Source: Patescibacteria group bacterium UBA924
Lineage (GTDB): Bacteria; Patescibacteriota; Microgenomatia; UBA1400; PJMF01
Direction: 5' to 3'
Length of the DNA: 64,000 nucleotides
Assembly (NCBI GenBank): GCA_002293725.1
Contig: DBDU01000023.1
Span: 2,700-66,699, forward strand
Position numbers and translations under genes: made by a program. Under the pieces are notes generated by a model. That model was not told where the DNA came from. It made no database searches and saw nothing but the letters and a program-made list of their open reading frames with translations. This document shows positions 36,225 through 45,698 of the stretch, piece after piece; positions within the stretch are counted from its first letter, which is position 1, and every line of letters begins with the position of its first letter.

Positions 36225-36515
36225 TTACATATCAGAGAACTCTTTTTCCTCTTCAATCAAGCTGACCAGCTCAGCTACGGTGACACAGTCACGTAGCGTG
36301 TGCATATCAAGTTGAACATCAGCAAAACGCTTTTGTAACATCATCAGGATCTTCTCATGATGAGGAGTGCCCATAATGTCCAAGTCGTCTTCATCAAAAC
36401 TCGTATCTTGGGTAATTTCTTCAGGTTCGTACGTTAACACTTCCGCTACTACGTCACGTACCACTGGAAAGATAAGGCCCTTTTCTTCTGGAACCTGGCC
36501 GTTAAGGTTCTTCAT
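36225..36515 (-). CDS. Small acidic acyl-carrier-protein-like protein lacking the phosphopantetheine Ser (DDLD in place of DSLD).
   Basis: 96 aa, acidic, four-helix pattern. FDEDDLDIMG aligns to the ACP LGADSLDTVE motif with Ser replaced by Asp. It sits immediately upstream of rnc, as acpP/acpA does in many bacteria. Weak identification. Confidence 0.35.
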   Translation of the reverse strand: MKNLNGQVPEEKGLIFPVVRDVVAEVLTYEPEEITQDTSFDEDDLDIMGTPHHEKILMMLQKRFADVQLDMHTLRDCVTVAELVSLIEEEKEFSDM

Positions 36516-36542
36516 AACGTTCCTCCACTCAATGTACTGCTC

Positions 36543-36962
36543 TTACTTGAAAAGATGAGCTAAGACACCGTTTACAAATTTTGGCGAACTCTCGGTGCCA
36601 AACTCTTTGGCTAACTCTACCGCTTCGTCGATTAAAACTTTCTTCGGGGTTCGCTTTGTTTTCCATTCAAACACAATGCTGCGAAGAATCGCAAGATCCA
36701 CTTTGTTAATGTCTGATAATGGTCGTTCGTTGGCGAGTCCCTGAATTTCCTGATCTATCGTCGGAAGTTCAGTGATGAGGTCTTTAAGATCCGAGTATGC
36801 TTGGAGAAATGCGTCTTTCTGGGCGTCCGTATCGTAGAACGAAAACGCAAAAACCGCCTGCATCACTTGTATTCGGCGAAGGTGGCGGGGGTCTACAGAT
36901 TGGTCGATTTCTTCAAACTCTGTATCTTCGGTGGTCTGATTTAACTCATCAGTGTCAGTCAC
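36543..36962 (-). CDS. nusB: Transcription antitermination factor NusB.
   Basis: C-terminal EAVELAKEFGTESSPKFVNGVL matches the NusB signature. N-terminal acidic extension. Confidence 0.8.
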   Translation of the reverse strand: MTDTDELNQTTEDTEFEEIDQSVDPRHLRRIQVMQAVFAFSFYDTDAQKDAFLQAYSDLKDLITELPTIDQEIQGLANERPLSDINKVDLAILRSIVFEWKTKRTPKKVLIDEAVELAKEFGTESSPKFVNGVLAHLFK

Positions 36963-37013
36963 ACCCGTATCCTAACCGCTTTTACAAGTGATGCAAGGGG
37001 GAAGGAAATCTAA

Positions 37014-37370
37014 TTACTTAGATTTCTTTTTAGCTACTTTTTTAACTGTCTTCTTGACTGCTTTTTTAGCAGCAGTGGCTTTCTTCACCACTTTCTTGAC
37101 AGCCTTCTTCACAGCCTTTTTGGCCGTTTTCTTGGCAGGCATTGTTTCTCCTTCTGCTGACTTAGCAGCAACTTTTACTGTTTTCTGGACGGCTTTTTTG
37201 GCAGGTTTGGTGACCGCTCCGGCTACAGCTTTGGTGAAACGCTCAAACAGACCTTTTTTGTGAGAAGGAACGCTTGAGTGGGCTTTGTTCTTGGCTAATT
37301 TTGGGGTGTTACCAGCGCGACGCTTACCTTGTTCAACGCGGGTAATTTTATTTTTTGGATGTGCTCCCAT
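37014..37370 (-). CDS. Basic Lys/Ala-rich histone-H1-like protein. The N-terminal 20 aa resemble ribosomal protein bL32.
   Basis: AHPKNKITRVEQGKRRAG resembles the L32 consensus AVPxRxTSKxxxxxRRxH. It is followed by (A/V)KKxV KK repeats over about 70 aa. Confidence 0.45.
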   Translation of the reverse strand: MGAHPKNKITRVEQGKRRAGNTPKLAKNKAHSSVPSHKKGLFERFTKAVAGAVTKPAKKAVQKTVKVAAKSAEGETMPAKKTAKKAVKKAVKKVVKKATAAKKAVKKTVKKVAKKKSK

Positions 37371-37533
37371 ACTTTTCCTTTATGTGTATGTTGAAGTTGA
37401 TTGTAATTTTTTACAAGTCCCTATTCGATTTTTCTCAAGTAAAAACTACCGTCAGACCACAATATTTGTACACTCTTTATTGTAGACATTGTACACAAAA
37501 AAAACAATTCACTTTTTCGAGGTGTAAGAAGAC

Positions 37534-39564
37534 TTAGTTTGCTAGTGGAATCTGCTCATCATTTCGATGTGCACTGAATAGTTCTGCAAGGGGTGATTGC
37601 CAGGATGGTTTAGTCTGAATAAGATGATCTGCCAATCTTTTTGCTTGTGTGACAAGTTCAAGGTTGGTCCAGTTAGCAAACACGAGTTGGTCTAGACCAT
37701 GTTGTTGGGTTCCAAAAATATCACCAGCGCCACGACGCTGTAGATCTTGTTCAGCTAACTCTAGTCCATTGGTGGTTTCGCAAAACTTAGTTAACCGCTC
37801 GGTAACGTTTTCCGCAGTGCTAGGAGTAAAAAGCAAACAGTAGGCTTGTTGTCCGGCTCGGCCTACTCTGCCCCGCAACTGATGTAAACTGGCCAAACCA
37901 AAGCGTTCGGCGGTCTCAATCACGATAATATCAGCAGCCGGCAAGTCCAGTCCCACCTCCACAATTGGGGTGGTCACTAAGATATCTATCTGCTGGGCAA
38001 ACAGCTCGGTAGTGACTGCTTGTTGCTCTTTCTTGCTCATTCGCCCGTGCAAGAGGGCTAATGTCACCTTCTGGTCTTTTTGTTTAGGTTTGGCGTACAG
38101 CTTACGGAGCTCGTCGTAAAGCGTCTTGGCGGCGGCTACGTTTTCAAAAGCGGCTGCTTTTGAAGTATCGATAAACGGACAGATGACTAATGCTTGAGCA
38201 GGCTTGTGTTGGTGTAACTCTTTGGCAATCCAGTGATATGCCTCGACTCTTTTTTTATTTGGCACTAACCAAGACTTAACCGGCTTGCGACCAGGTGGTA
38301 ACTCATCGATAACACTCAACGAAAGGTGAGAAAAGATCGTTAACAACAGAGTTCTTGGAATGGGTGTGGCAGTTAGTGTTAACAGGTGTGGTTGACGTTT
38401 GAGCGGAAAAGTAGCCGAACGTTGTTGAACGCCAAAGCGATGCTGTTCGTCATAGATTAAGAGGCCTGGCTCAATATCTGAAAGTCTAGACAAGATGGCA
38501 TGGGTGCCGATAAACAGTGTTGGTGTGTTGCTGATTACAACTTTCTTGGCAGTTTGAGCGGTCATCAACTCAATCTTCAGTTCAGGAAAAAGCAGTTGCA
38601 AAGATTTAGCATGTTGCTCAGCTAAGATCTGGGTAGGCGTAACTAGACATGCATGAAGGTTTTGTTTGAGTACTTCTCTACTCGCCAAACCCGCCACCGC
38701 GGTTTTTCCTGAGCCTACATCTCCCAACAGTAAGCGGTTCATCGGGACTGTCTTGTTCATATCAGCCAAGATTTCACCGAGGCTACGTTGTTGAGCTCCC
38801 GTCAGCTCAAAGGGTAAGCCAGTGGTCAGGTTTTTTGGCGGTAAAGGAACTGCCACTGCCTTGTTCAAGCTGCGCCACTGCTCTTTGAGTGCTAAAGAGT
38901 GCAAGATCAGTTGAACCAACTCTTCGAGTGCTAGCCTCTCACGCGAGGTAGTAATCTTGGTTTCACTTTCTGGAAAGTGAAGCTGACGAAGGCTTTCTTC
39001 TAACGATGAAAAATGAGACAAGTCAACGCCGCTGTTGGCCAGACTGTCTTCATCAATCGTCACGTGATCAGCTACTTCTTTGAGAATCTTACGCAAGGTT
39101 CCGGCTGGAATATCCGGGATGGCTGAGTAGACGGGTACTAAACGACCGGTGTGAATGGTATTGCCATCTTGTTTAAAGCTTTCTACAGTGGGTTGAACGA
39201 TCGTGCCGCGGTCACCGAGTTTACCACTGACCAAAAAGTCGGCTGCTACTGTAAAACGATCGATCACATGTGGGTTGTTAAACCACATCAACTTCACCTT
39301 ACCGCTCTCGTCCACCAGCGTAGCTGATTGAATTGAACGACGTCCTCGATAGAAGTTGTGGGGCTTAATAATTTTGCCTGTTAAAGTGACTAGCTCACCT
39401 GGCTTGAGATCGGCGATCTGAGTTCGGGCCGACCGATCTTCGTAACGGAGCGGAGTGTGCAGCAACAGATCTTTAACATTCTTGATGCCGTACTCTGTAA
39501 ACTTGGCGTTGAGAGCTTCGCCGATGCCTTTGACGCGTTCCAATGGAGTGCTCAACCTATACAT
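37534..39564 (-). CDS. recG: ATP-dependent DNA helicase RecG.
   Basis: Wedge domain, Walker A GDVGSGKTAVA, DEQHRFG, motif VI QLRGRVGR. Likely start at MYRLST (39564). Confidence 0.9.
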   Translation of the reverse strand: MYRLSTPLERVKGIGEALNAKFTEYGIKNVKDLLLHTPLRYEDRSARTQIADLKPGELVTLTGKIIKPHNFYRGRRSIQSATLVDESGKVKLMWFNNPHVIDRFTVAADFLVSGKLGDRGTIVQPTVESFKQDGNTIHTGRLVPVYSAIPDIPAGTLRKILKEVADHVTIDEDSLANSGVDLSHFSSLEESLRQLHFPESETKITTSRERLALEELVQLILHSLALKEQWRSLNKAVAVPLPPKNLTTGLPFELTGAQQRSLGEILADMNKTVPMNRLLLGDVGSGKTAVAGLASREVLKQNLHACLVTPTQILAEQHAKSLQLLFPELKIELMTAQTAKKVVISNTPTLFIGTHAILSRLSDIEPGLLIYDEQHRFGVQQRSATFPLKRQPHLLTLTATPIPRTLLLTIFSHLSLSVIDELPPGRKPVKSWLVPNKKRVEAYHWIAKELHQHKPAQALVICPFIDTSKAAAFENVAAAKTLYDELRKLYAKPKQKDQKVTLALLHGRMSKKEQQAVTTELFAQQIDILVTTPIVEVGLDLPAADIIVIETAERFGLASLHQLRGRVGRAGQQAYCLLFTPSTAENVTERLTKFCETTNGLELAEQDLQRRGAGDIFGTQQHGLDQLVFANWTNLELVTQAKRLADHLIQTKPSWQSPLAELFSAHRNDEQIPLAN

Positions 39565-39721
39565 TGGCCACAGCCTAGTCGTTTCCACTGATGCGGTCAA
39601 GTGACTAGAATAAAAGTAAGAAGCTTGAGAGGCTACTCAAAATCAAACTCACGATCGCAATGATGGCGAAGATCATCAGAAACTGTTGGCGACGTTTAGA
39701 AGTCATGGCTATGTTTCCCTT

Positions 39722-40918
39722 TTACTTACTAATGCGGAAGTATCGACGCTTCCCTACTCGAATTACTTCAACTTGACTGAGTGTAACTTCTTGTTCTGGA
39801 CTTGTTGGTTTCTCACCCTGAGGAAGCAGCTCAACTCCTCCCTGTTCAATCAGGCGTTTCAACTCACTGGTACTCATCTCAGTTGGACAGCTTTTCAGAA
39901 CATCAAGAATAGTCTTTTCATTACCTGACAGCTTGATCTCTGGAATGTCACTGGGAATCTGTCGCTCTTGAACTGTCTGGCGGAACTGCTCTTCAGCTTG
40001 GTCTGCGAGCTCAGGAGTATGGTACATGGTGGTAATGACGTGAGCCAATTTTTTCTTGAATGGCATTGGGTTCTGACCCTTTTCTAAAGCAGCTCGCATC
40101 TCTTCAATTTCTGTTAGCGGCACGTCAGTTAAAAGGGTGAAGTAATCCAAGATCATCTCGTCAGCCAATGACATGACTTTACCGTACATGTCATTAGGGG
40201 CTTCGGTTAACGCAATAAAGTTACCGTAGCTCTTACTCATCTTGCGGCCATCGGTGCCATTAATAATTGGTGTAGTTAGAACCCATTTTTCATGATTGTT
40301 GTAGGTGCGTTGCAGGTGGCGCCCCATCATCATGTTGAACGTTTGGTCAGTTCCACCAAGCTCGAGGTCTACATTCATCGCTACTGAGTCATAACCTTGG
40401 AGTAAGGGGTAGATAATCTCGTGGCCATGAATTGGCAAGTTGTTCTTCAAACGATCCTGAAACATGTCCCGTTCAGTCAACTGTTGAACGGTAGTTTGGG
40501 CGAGCAGCTTGACGATGTCAGCGTAAGTAAGCTTATCGAGCCAGTCGCCGTTGTACTTAATCGTAATCTTGTCGAAGTCCAAAACCTTACTGGCTTGGGC
40601 TTTCCAGTGTTTGAAGTTTTCTTGAATGACTTCATCCGTTAAAACAGGACGGGTTGAGTCGCGACCCGTGGGGTCCCCAATCCGAACGGTACCGTTGCCA
40701 ATTAACAGGATTACATCGTGGCCAAGATCGGCAAACTGCTGGAGTTTACGCAAAACTACCGCGTGTCCTAAAGTGAGTAAGGCACCTGTGGGGTCAATTC
40801 CGAGGTAGACACGGATTTTGCGTTCGGACATTATTTTAGCTAGTCCTTCTGGAGAAGGTAAAACTTCGGCAACGCCTCGTGTCAGCAACGTATGGAGTTT
40901 GGGATCGGTGTTATTCAT
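39722..40918 (-). CDS. tyrS: Tyrosyl-tRNA synthetase with a C-terminal S4-like domain.
   Basis: Class I motifs GIDPTGALLTLGH (HIGH-like) and KMSKS (KMSKSYGNFI). 398 aa. Confidence 0.9.
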   Translation of the reverse strand: MNNTDPKLHTLLTRGVAEVLPSPEGLAKIMSERKIRVYLGIDPTGALLTLGHAVVLRKLQQFADLGHDVILLIGNGTVRIGDPTGRDSTRPVLTDEVIQENFKHWKAQASKVLDFDKITIKYNGDWLDKLTYADIVKLLAQTTVQQLTERDMFQDRLKNNLPIHGHEIIYPLLQGYDSVAMNVDLELGGTDQTFNMMMGRHLQRTYNNHEKWVLTTPIINGTDGRKMSKSYGNFIALTEAPNDMYGKVMSLADEMILDYFTLLTDVPLTEIEEMRAALEKGQNPMPFKKKLAHVITTMYHTPELADQAEEQFRQTVQERQIPSDIPEIKLSGNEKTILDVLKSCPTEMSTSELKRLIEQGGVELLPQGEKPTSPEQEVTLSQVEVIRVGKRRYFRISK

Positions 40919-41115
40919 AGATATTCCTAATTGTTTTCTTATTTTACTTTATAAATACAAAAAACCTCGCACTTGGCGAGGGTTGAATCTTTTCTGTTTT
41001 ACAGCACAACTCACTCACCAAGCATATTGGGAGCGATAATAATAGCTAGCGCTAAAACAGTGATGTTTCATCTTTAAAGAGATTGTAGCCAAGATCTAAC
41101 GAAAAACAACCTGGA

Positions 41116-41640
41116 TTATCGTTCGGTCACTCTCATTTTGTGAACTTCGTAGAGTACAGATCTACTCAAAGGAGCTCGTGGAGAAAGAGCTAGCTCTACT
41201 AATCCCAGACGCAGGCGGGAGTGTGCATACAAACGATGGTGGCCGTCTTTAACTAAATACAGTCCCGTTTGAGGATCAAGATACGCCAGGATAGGTTTTA
41301 CTTTGGCACCTTGACGGTAAGCCTCGCGGTAGTACTCCATGGCGTCCCGATAGACGGTCCACTGAGTAGCTCGAATTTTACTGACAGGAACGTATTTTTT
41401 TTCAAGTTGATCAATGTCCTCGTCTTCTTCAGTACTTCTGGGAGACTCAATAAATCTGCCAGCTTGATATGAAGGAAAAAAAGCGACTGCTGCGACAGCA
41501 CTAACCGGACAGAATCGTAATAACTCCTTTACGTACTCGTCATCAAACTGGACGTCATGATGAAGTGTGTCTTCGTTTCCCTGGTAATGGTTTTGAAGTA
41601 ACCACTCCCATTGTTTGGTAGAAAGCTCTTGGCGATTCAT
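41116..41640 (-). CDS. Hypothetical protein with a ParB/Srx-like DGHHR motif.
   Basis: LYLVKDGHHRLYAH resembles the ParB/sulfiredoxin-fold catalytic motif. Otherwise unassigned. Confidence 0.35.
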   Translation of the reverse strand: MNRQELSTKQWEWLLQNHYQGNEDTLHHDVQFDDEYVKELLRFCPVSAVAAVAFFPSYQAGRFIESPRSTEEDEDIDQLEKKYVPVSKIRATQWTVYRDAMEYYREAYRQGAKVKPILAYLDPQTGLYLVKDGHHRLYAHSRLRLGLVELALSPRAPLSRSVLYEVHKMRVTER

Positions 41641-41698
41641 TGCGGTGTGGTGAGAACGTTGGCCGGGGGGTACCCGACCAACGTCTCGGTGGGTGGAG

Positions 41699-41953
41699 TC
41701 AGGCGGTGGGCATCGTAAATGTCACTTCATGCATGAAGCTGAATGACCGACCTTCTGTTAACTCCGGTTGTTGTGCGGCGATTACAGGTGCTGTCTTCTG
41801 AAGGAGTTCATCCTTCATCTCGTCGGAGAGGTCTTCCCAGCGACGATCCAGAATAATCACCAATACATTCTCGCCTTCACTGACTGCACAGGCAACGATT
41901 CGCACCGTCTCCTCATGCGTCACCGTCACAGTTTTTGTCGACGTATCGACCAT
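41699..41953 (-). CDS. Small hypothetical protein (84 aa).
   Basis: ORF only. No similarity recognised. Confidence 0.3.
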   Translation of the reverse strand: MVDTSTKTVTVTHEETVRIVACAVSEGENVLVIILDRRWEDLSDEMKDELLQKTAPVIAAQQPELTEGRSFSFMHEVTFTMPTA

Positions 41954-42057
41954 GGTGTTTTACTCCCCATGATAAAAGGACGAACGCATTATTATATCAA
42001 AAAGCATCAATATAATCAAAGCTATAGGACGTGAATAGGTACAGGTGACTTTCCCAC

Positions 42058-42822
42058 TTGAGACAGACTCGGAAGAAGGCTAAGATATTTTTTCTGCAAC
42101 GGATCGCTTCTTTTCTTCAACACCATCAGGTTTTGATCTTGATCTGCTCGATTACCGCGATACTTTCTGGACTCGGATTTTTTCTGCTGACTTTTTTGGT
42201 CCGGGCTGATCTTCTCCGTAGCATTGATTTTGACCTCACTGTTCGTATTCAAGAAAACGTGCCAGTTCGCTTGGATGAGTACTTTATTATGTTTGGGACT
42301 TTGGCGAAGTTTCAGGTTATTGTTCCCACTTTAGTAGTGCTTTTACTCCTCCTACGACGTTGGGTGCTGGTGGTGAGCTCACTGTTTTTGTTGTTTGTCG
42401 CTCACCTTCTCGAAATTGTTGGGAAGGAAATTCTTTTTCAGCCCCCGCCACCTTTCATGTTTTATCGTCATCCGACTGACTTTATCTTCCCCGACCTTCA
42501 CACTTTTGACGTTTCCTCTTATCCCTCTGGACATAGTATGAGGGTGGTTTTTGTGGTGATCACTCTTTTTGCTGTGCTGTGGAGCTCGCCAAAGATTTCT
42601 TTTCCTATCAGATTGGGCTTGGGAGCTGGTTTAGCTGGCTTCTCCTTTATTATCGTGTTTAGCCGGGTCAGTTTGGGCGAACACTGGACAAGTGACGTTC
42701 TGGGAGGAGCATTCTTGGGCTTGATGATTGCGGCGATAAATGTCATCTTTGTACAGGTAAGTTGGCCTGGAAAGTCCTCGAGTGATATTCCTCATACTCG
42801 AGGAAAAAAAGTGGCCGAATAG
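42058..42822 (+). CDS. PAP2-family membrane phosphatase.
   Basis: PAP2 motifs: PSGHSMR (motif 2) and SRVSLGEHWTSDV (motif 3). Six TM segments. Confidence 0.75.
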   Translation: MRQTRKKAKIFFLQRIASFLQHHQVLILICSITAILSGLGFFLLTFLVRADLLRSIDFDLTVRIQENVPVRLDEYFIMFGTLAKFQVIVPTLVVLLLLLRRWVLVVSSLFLLFVAHLLEIVGKEILFQPPPPFMFYRHPTDFIFPDLHTFDVSSYPSGHSMRVVFVVITLFAVLWSSPKISFPIRLGLGAGLAGFSFIIVFSRVSLGEHWTSDVLGGAFLGLMIAAINVIFVQVSWPGKSSSDIPHTRGKKVAE

Positions 42823-42839
42823 GCTGGTAGAATAGAGCG

Positions 42840-45698
42840 ATGCGTATGAAACAGGACGGCATAAAGATTAACCTAACTGCCATCTGGGAGAGGGCAACCG
42901 ATCCTTTCGTGGCGTTATGGTCAAAAGTGACCAGTAAAACGCGTTCTCGGCGCCGATTACACTACACGACTTCGTCAGTAGAAAGCTCTTTTATGGGGCG
43001 TGGTGTTCAATCTGGGGCTGGTGTTGGTGCTCCTGGTCGTAAACGCTTAACTGAAGCTGAAAAACGCTTGCGGATGCTGAAGATCGTTCGTCTTTTAACG
43101 ATTCTGTTCTTTGTCAGCGTCATCGCCGGTTTTGTCGCTTTTTTTGCCCTCTATGCCTGGGTAGCTCGTGACTTGCCTAAACCAGGGCAGGTAATCAAGC
43201 GAGAGGGCTTTACCAGTAAGATCTTAGATCGTAACGGCAAGCTACTCTATGACCTTTACGCCGAAGAACGTAACGATCCAATTCAGATCACTAAGGTTCC
43301 CGCGACGTTGAAAGAAGCTACGGTAGCCGTGGAAGACAAAGACTTCTATCGTCACGGTGGAATCGACATGTTGACGCCATTCCGGATTGTCTATAATTAC
43401 ATTTTCCGTGGTGGTCGTGTGGTGGGTGGTTCAACATTAACTCAGCAGTTAGTCAAAAATGCCCTGCTGAAAACGAACGAACGAACAGCCATTCGTAAGT
43501 TCCGTGAGTATATCTTGGCTCTGCAGATTGAACGCAACTTTACCAAAGACCAGATCTTAGAGTTTTACTTAAATGAAACTCCGTATGGTGGTAACTCTGT
43601 AGGTGTCGGTGCCGCTGCGCAAATTTACTTCGGCAAGACTGTAGATCAACTGAACTTAGTAGAGTCGGTGATTTTAGCTGGTCTACCTCAGCGTCCCTCC
43701 GCTTACTCGCCATATAGTGGCAAGACGACCGAAGACGGTGTTCCCTTATGGAAGTGGCGTGCGCTGGGCGTACTGCGGCGGATGCAAGAAGACAACTATA
43801 TTTCCCAAGAACAGTATGACCAAACGGTTGCCGACCTAGACAATGTCATCTTTGCGACTCCCAAAACCACCATCGTTGCTCCCCACTTTGTCTTTTACGT
43901 GCGTGACTTATTGGAAGAAGAGTTTGGTGAAGGTGTCGTTGCCAAAGGTGGGTTGGAAGTGACGACGACGCTTGATCTTGATATGCAGACGAAAGCCCAG
44001 GAAACGGTGAAGCAAGAAATTGATAAGTTACAGAGTTTAAACATTACCAATGGTGCCGCTATTGTGATGAAGCCTGAAGATGGTGAGATCTTAGCGATGA
44101 TTGGAAGCGTCGACTATAACAGTGACTTGATTGACGGGAAGTTTAACGTAGCTGTTGATGGCTTACGACAACCGGGTTCATCCATCAAACCGCTGACCTA
44201 TCTCGGAATGTTTAGAAAAGGCTTTACGCCAGCTACGATGCTGACCGACGTGCCGACTGTTTTCCAGCGCAATGCTCAAGAGAAACCATACGAACCCAAA
44301 AACTATGACGGTAAGTTCCGTGGACCGGTTAACCTACGTAACAGTCTAGGTAGCTCTTTAAATATTCCGGCGGTGAAGTCTTTGGCGATTGTGGGAATTG
44401 AAGACTTCCTTACTATGGCTTATGACATGGGCTTCCCAACGCTGGAGCCTACTCAAGCAAACATGAGCCGCTTTGGTCTCTCTGCCACCCTAGGTGGTGC
44501 CGAAGTCCATTTGATTGACACGGTGACTGCCTACTCTTCGTTTGCCAATGGCGGTACTAAAGTTGAGCCCACTGCTATTTTGAAAGTCACAGACAACACT
44601 GGCCGAGTATTACGAGAGTTCAAACCGACTCAAGGTCGACGCGTCATGACTGAAGAAGAAGCGTTCTTAATTAATGACATCTTGTCTGATAATAATGCCC
44701 GTTTGATGGCTTTCGGAGCCAACTCGCTCCTCAATGCAGGGAAAGGTGTAGCAGTCAAAACTGGAACGACCAACGACCAGAAAGACAACTGGACGATTGG
44801 CTGGACACAAGACTTAATTATCGGTACTTGGGTGGGTAATAACGACGCGACTTCAATGAAGCAAGTGGCATCAGGTATTACCGGTGCATCCCCAATTTGG
44901 CGCACAATTCTCAACTATGGACTGGAGAATGGATACAAGCCAGCCGAGTGGAAAGTACCTTCTGGGATTGAGCAGTTAGACCTTGATCTTATTTCCGGTT
45001 ATCGGGGTCACGATGGATATCCCAGTCGCCAAGAGTACGTGATCAAAGGAACTGTCCCAAATATCCCTGATCCTGTGCATACCAAGCTTAAGGTTTGCCG
45101 TGGTGAGAACAAGCTGGCAACAGATGCCAAAATTGTAGCTGGTGATTATGACGAAAAAGAGTTTATTGTCTTGCGGGAAGATGATCCATTCAGTGAAGAT
45201 GGCAAAAATCGATGGCAAGAAGCAATTGACGCTTGGATTAGTAGCCAGCCTGATGAGAAGTACAAGGCGCCCAAAGAGTACTGTGGAGACGTTAGCGATA
45301 CTTCTATCAAGATTGACCAACCTGGTAACGAGACCACGCACAGTTCCGAAGACATTCAGTTCAAGATTTTTGCCGACTCCGGTGATGGAATTGAGAAGAT
45401 TGAGCTGTGGGTCAATGACAGCTTACGTGAGACGATCAATAACAAAAGCTTTGAGAGTACGATTAAGCTCCCAGCGGGTCGTTACAAAATCTATGCCAAG
45501 GCCAAGTCTCGCGGTGGCAAAGAAGTAACTAGTAACACTATTCGCATTGGTACTGGTGGTCAGGACTGGAAGGAGCCGCAACAGCCATCTCCTCAACCTT
45601 CACCACAGCAACCGAGTCCACAGCCAAGTCCAGTGTTACCTTCTCTCTTGCCTTCACCACAACCGTCAGTTGAGCCTAGTCCTTCTCCAGGTCCATAA
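42840..45698 (+). CDS. Class A penicillin-binding protein (transglycosylase plus transpeptidase) with a C-terminal beta-rich domain and a Pro-rich tail.
   Basis: GT51 motifs (EDKDFYRHGGID, GGSTLTQQLVKN). Transpeptidase motifs SSIKP, SLN and KTGTT. C-terminal SPQPSPQQPSPQPSP. Confidence 0.9.
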   Translation: MRMKQDGIKINLTAIWERATDPFVALWSKVTSKTRSRRRLHYTTSSVESSFMGRGVQSGAGVGAPGRKRLTEAEKRLRMLKIVRLLTILFFVSVIAGFVAFFALYAWVARDLPKPGQVIKREGFTSKILDRNGKLLYDLYAEERNDPIQITKVPATLKEATVAVEDKDFYRHGGIDMLTPFRIVYNYIFRGGRVVGGSTLTQQLVKNALLKTNERTAIRKFREYILALQIERNFTKDQILEFYLNETPYGGNSVGVGAAAQIYFGKTVDQLNLVESVILAGLPQRPSAYSPYSGKTTEDGVPLWKWRALGVLRRMQEDNYISQEQYDQTVADLDNVIFATPKTTIVAPHFVFYVRDLLEEEFGEGVVAKGGLEVTTTLDLDMQTKAQETVKQEIDKLQSLNITNGAAIVMKPEDGEILAMIGSVDYNSDLIDGKFNVAVDGLRQPGSSIKPLTYLGMFRKGFTPATMLTDVPTVFQRNAQEKPYEPKNYDGKFRGPVNLRNSLGSSLNIPAVKSLAIVGIEDFLTMAYDMGFPTLEPTQANMSRFGLSATLGGAEVHLIDTVTAYSSFANGGTKVEPTAILKVTDNTGRVLREFKPTQGRRVMTEEEAFLINDILSDNNARLMAFGANSLLNAGKGVAVKTGTTNDQKDNWTIGWTQDLIIGTWVGNNDATSMKQVASGITGASPIWRTILNYGLENGYKPAEWKVPSGIEQLDLDLISGYRGHDGYPSRQEYVIKGTVPNIPDPVHTKLKVCRGENKLATDAKIVAGDYDEKEFIVLREDDPFSEDGKNRWQEAIDAWISSQPDEKYKAPKEYCGDVSDTSIKIDQPGNETTHSSEDIQFKIFADSGDGIEKIELWVNDSLRETINNKSFESTIKLPAGRYKIYAKAKSRGGKEVTSNTIRIGTGGQDWKEPQQPSPQPSPQQPSPQPSPVLPSLLPSPQPSVEPSPSPGP

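Noticed and set aside
36988-37263. Plus-strand ORF (Phe/Leu/Ala-rich) opposite the Lys/Ala-rich basic protein gene.
   Set aside because: Reverse-complement shadow of the AAG/GCN repeat codons. The lysine-rich minus-strand frame is the plausible one.
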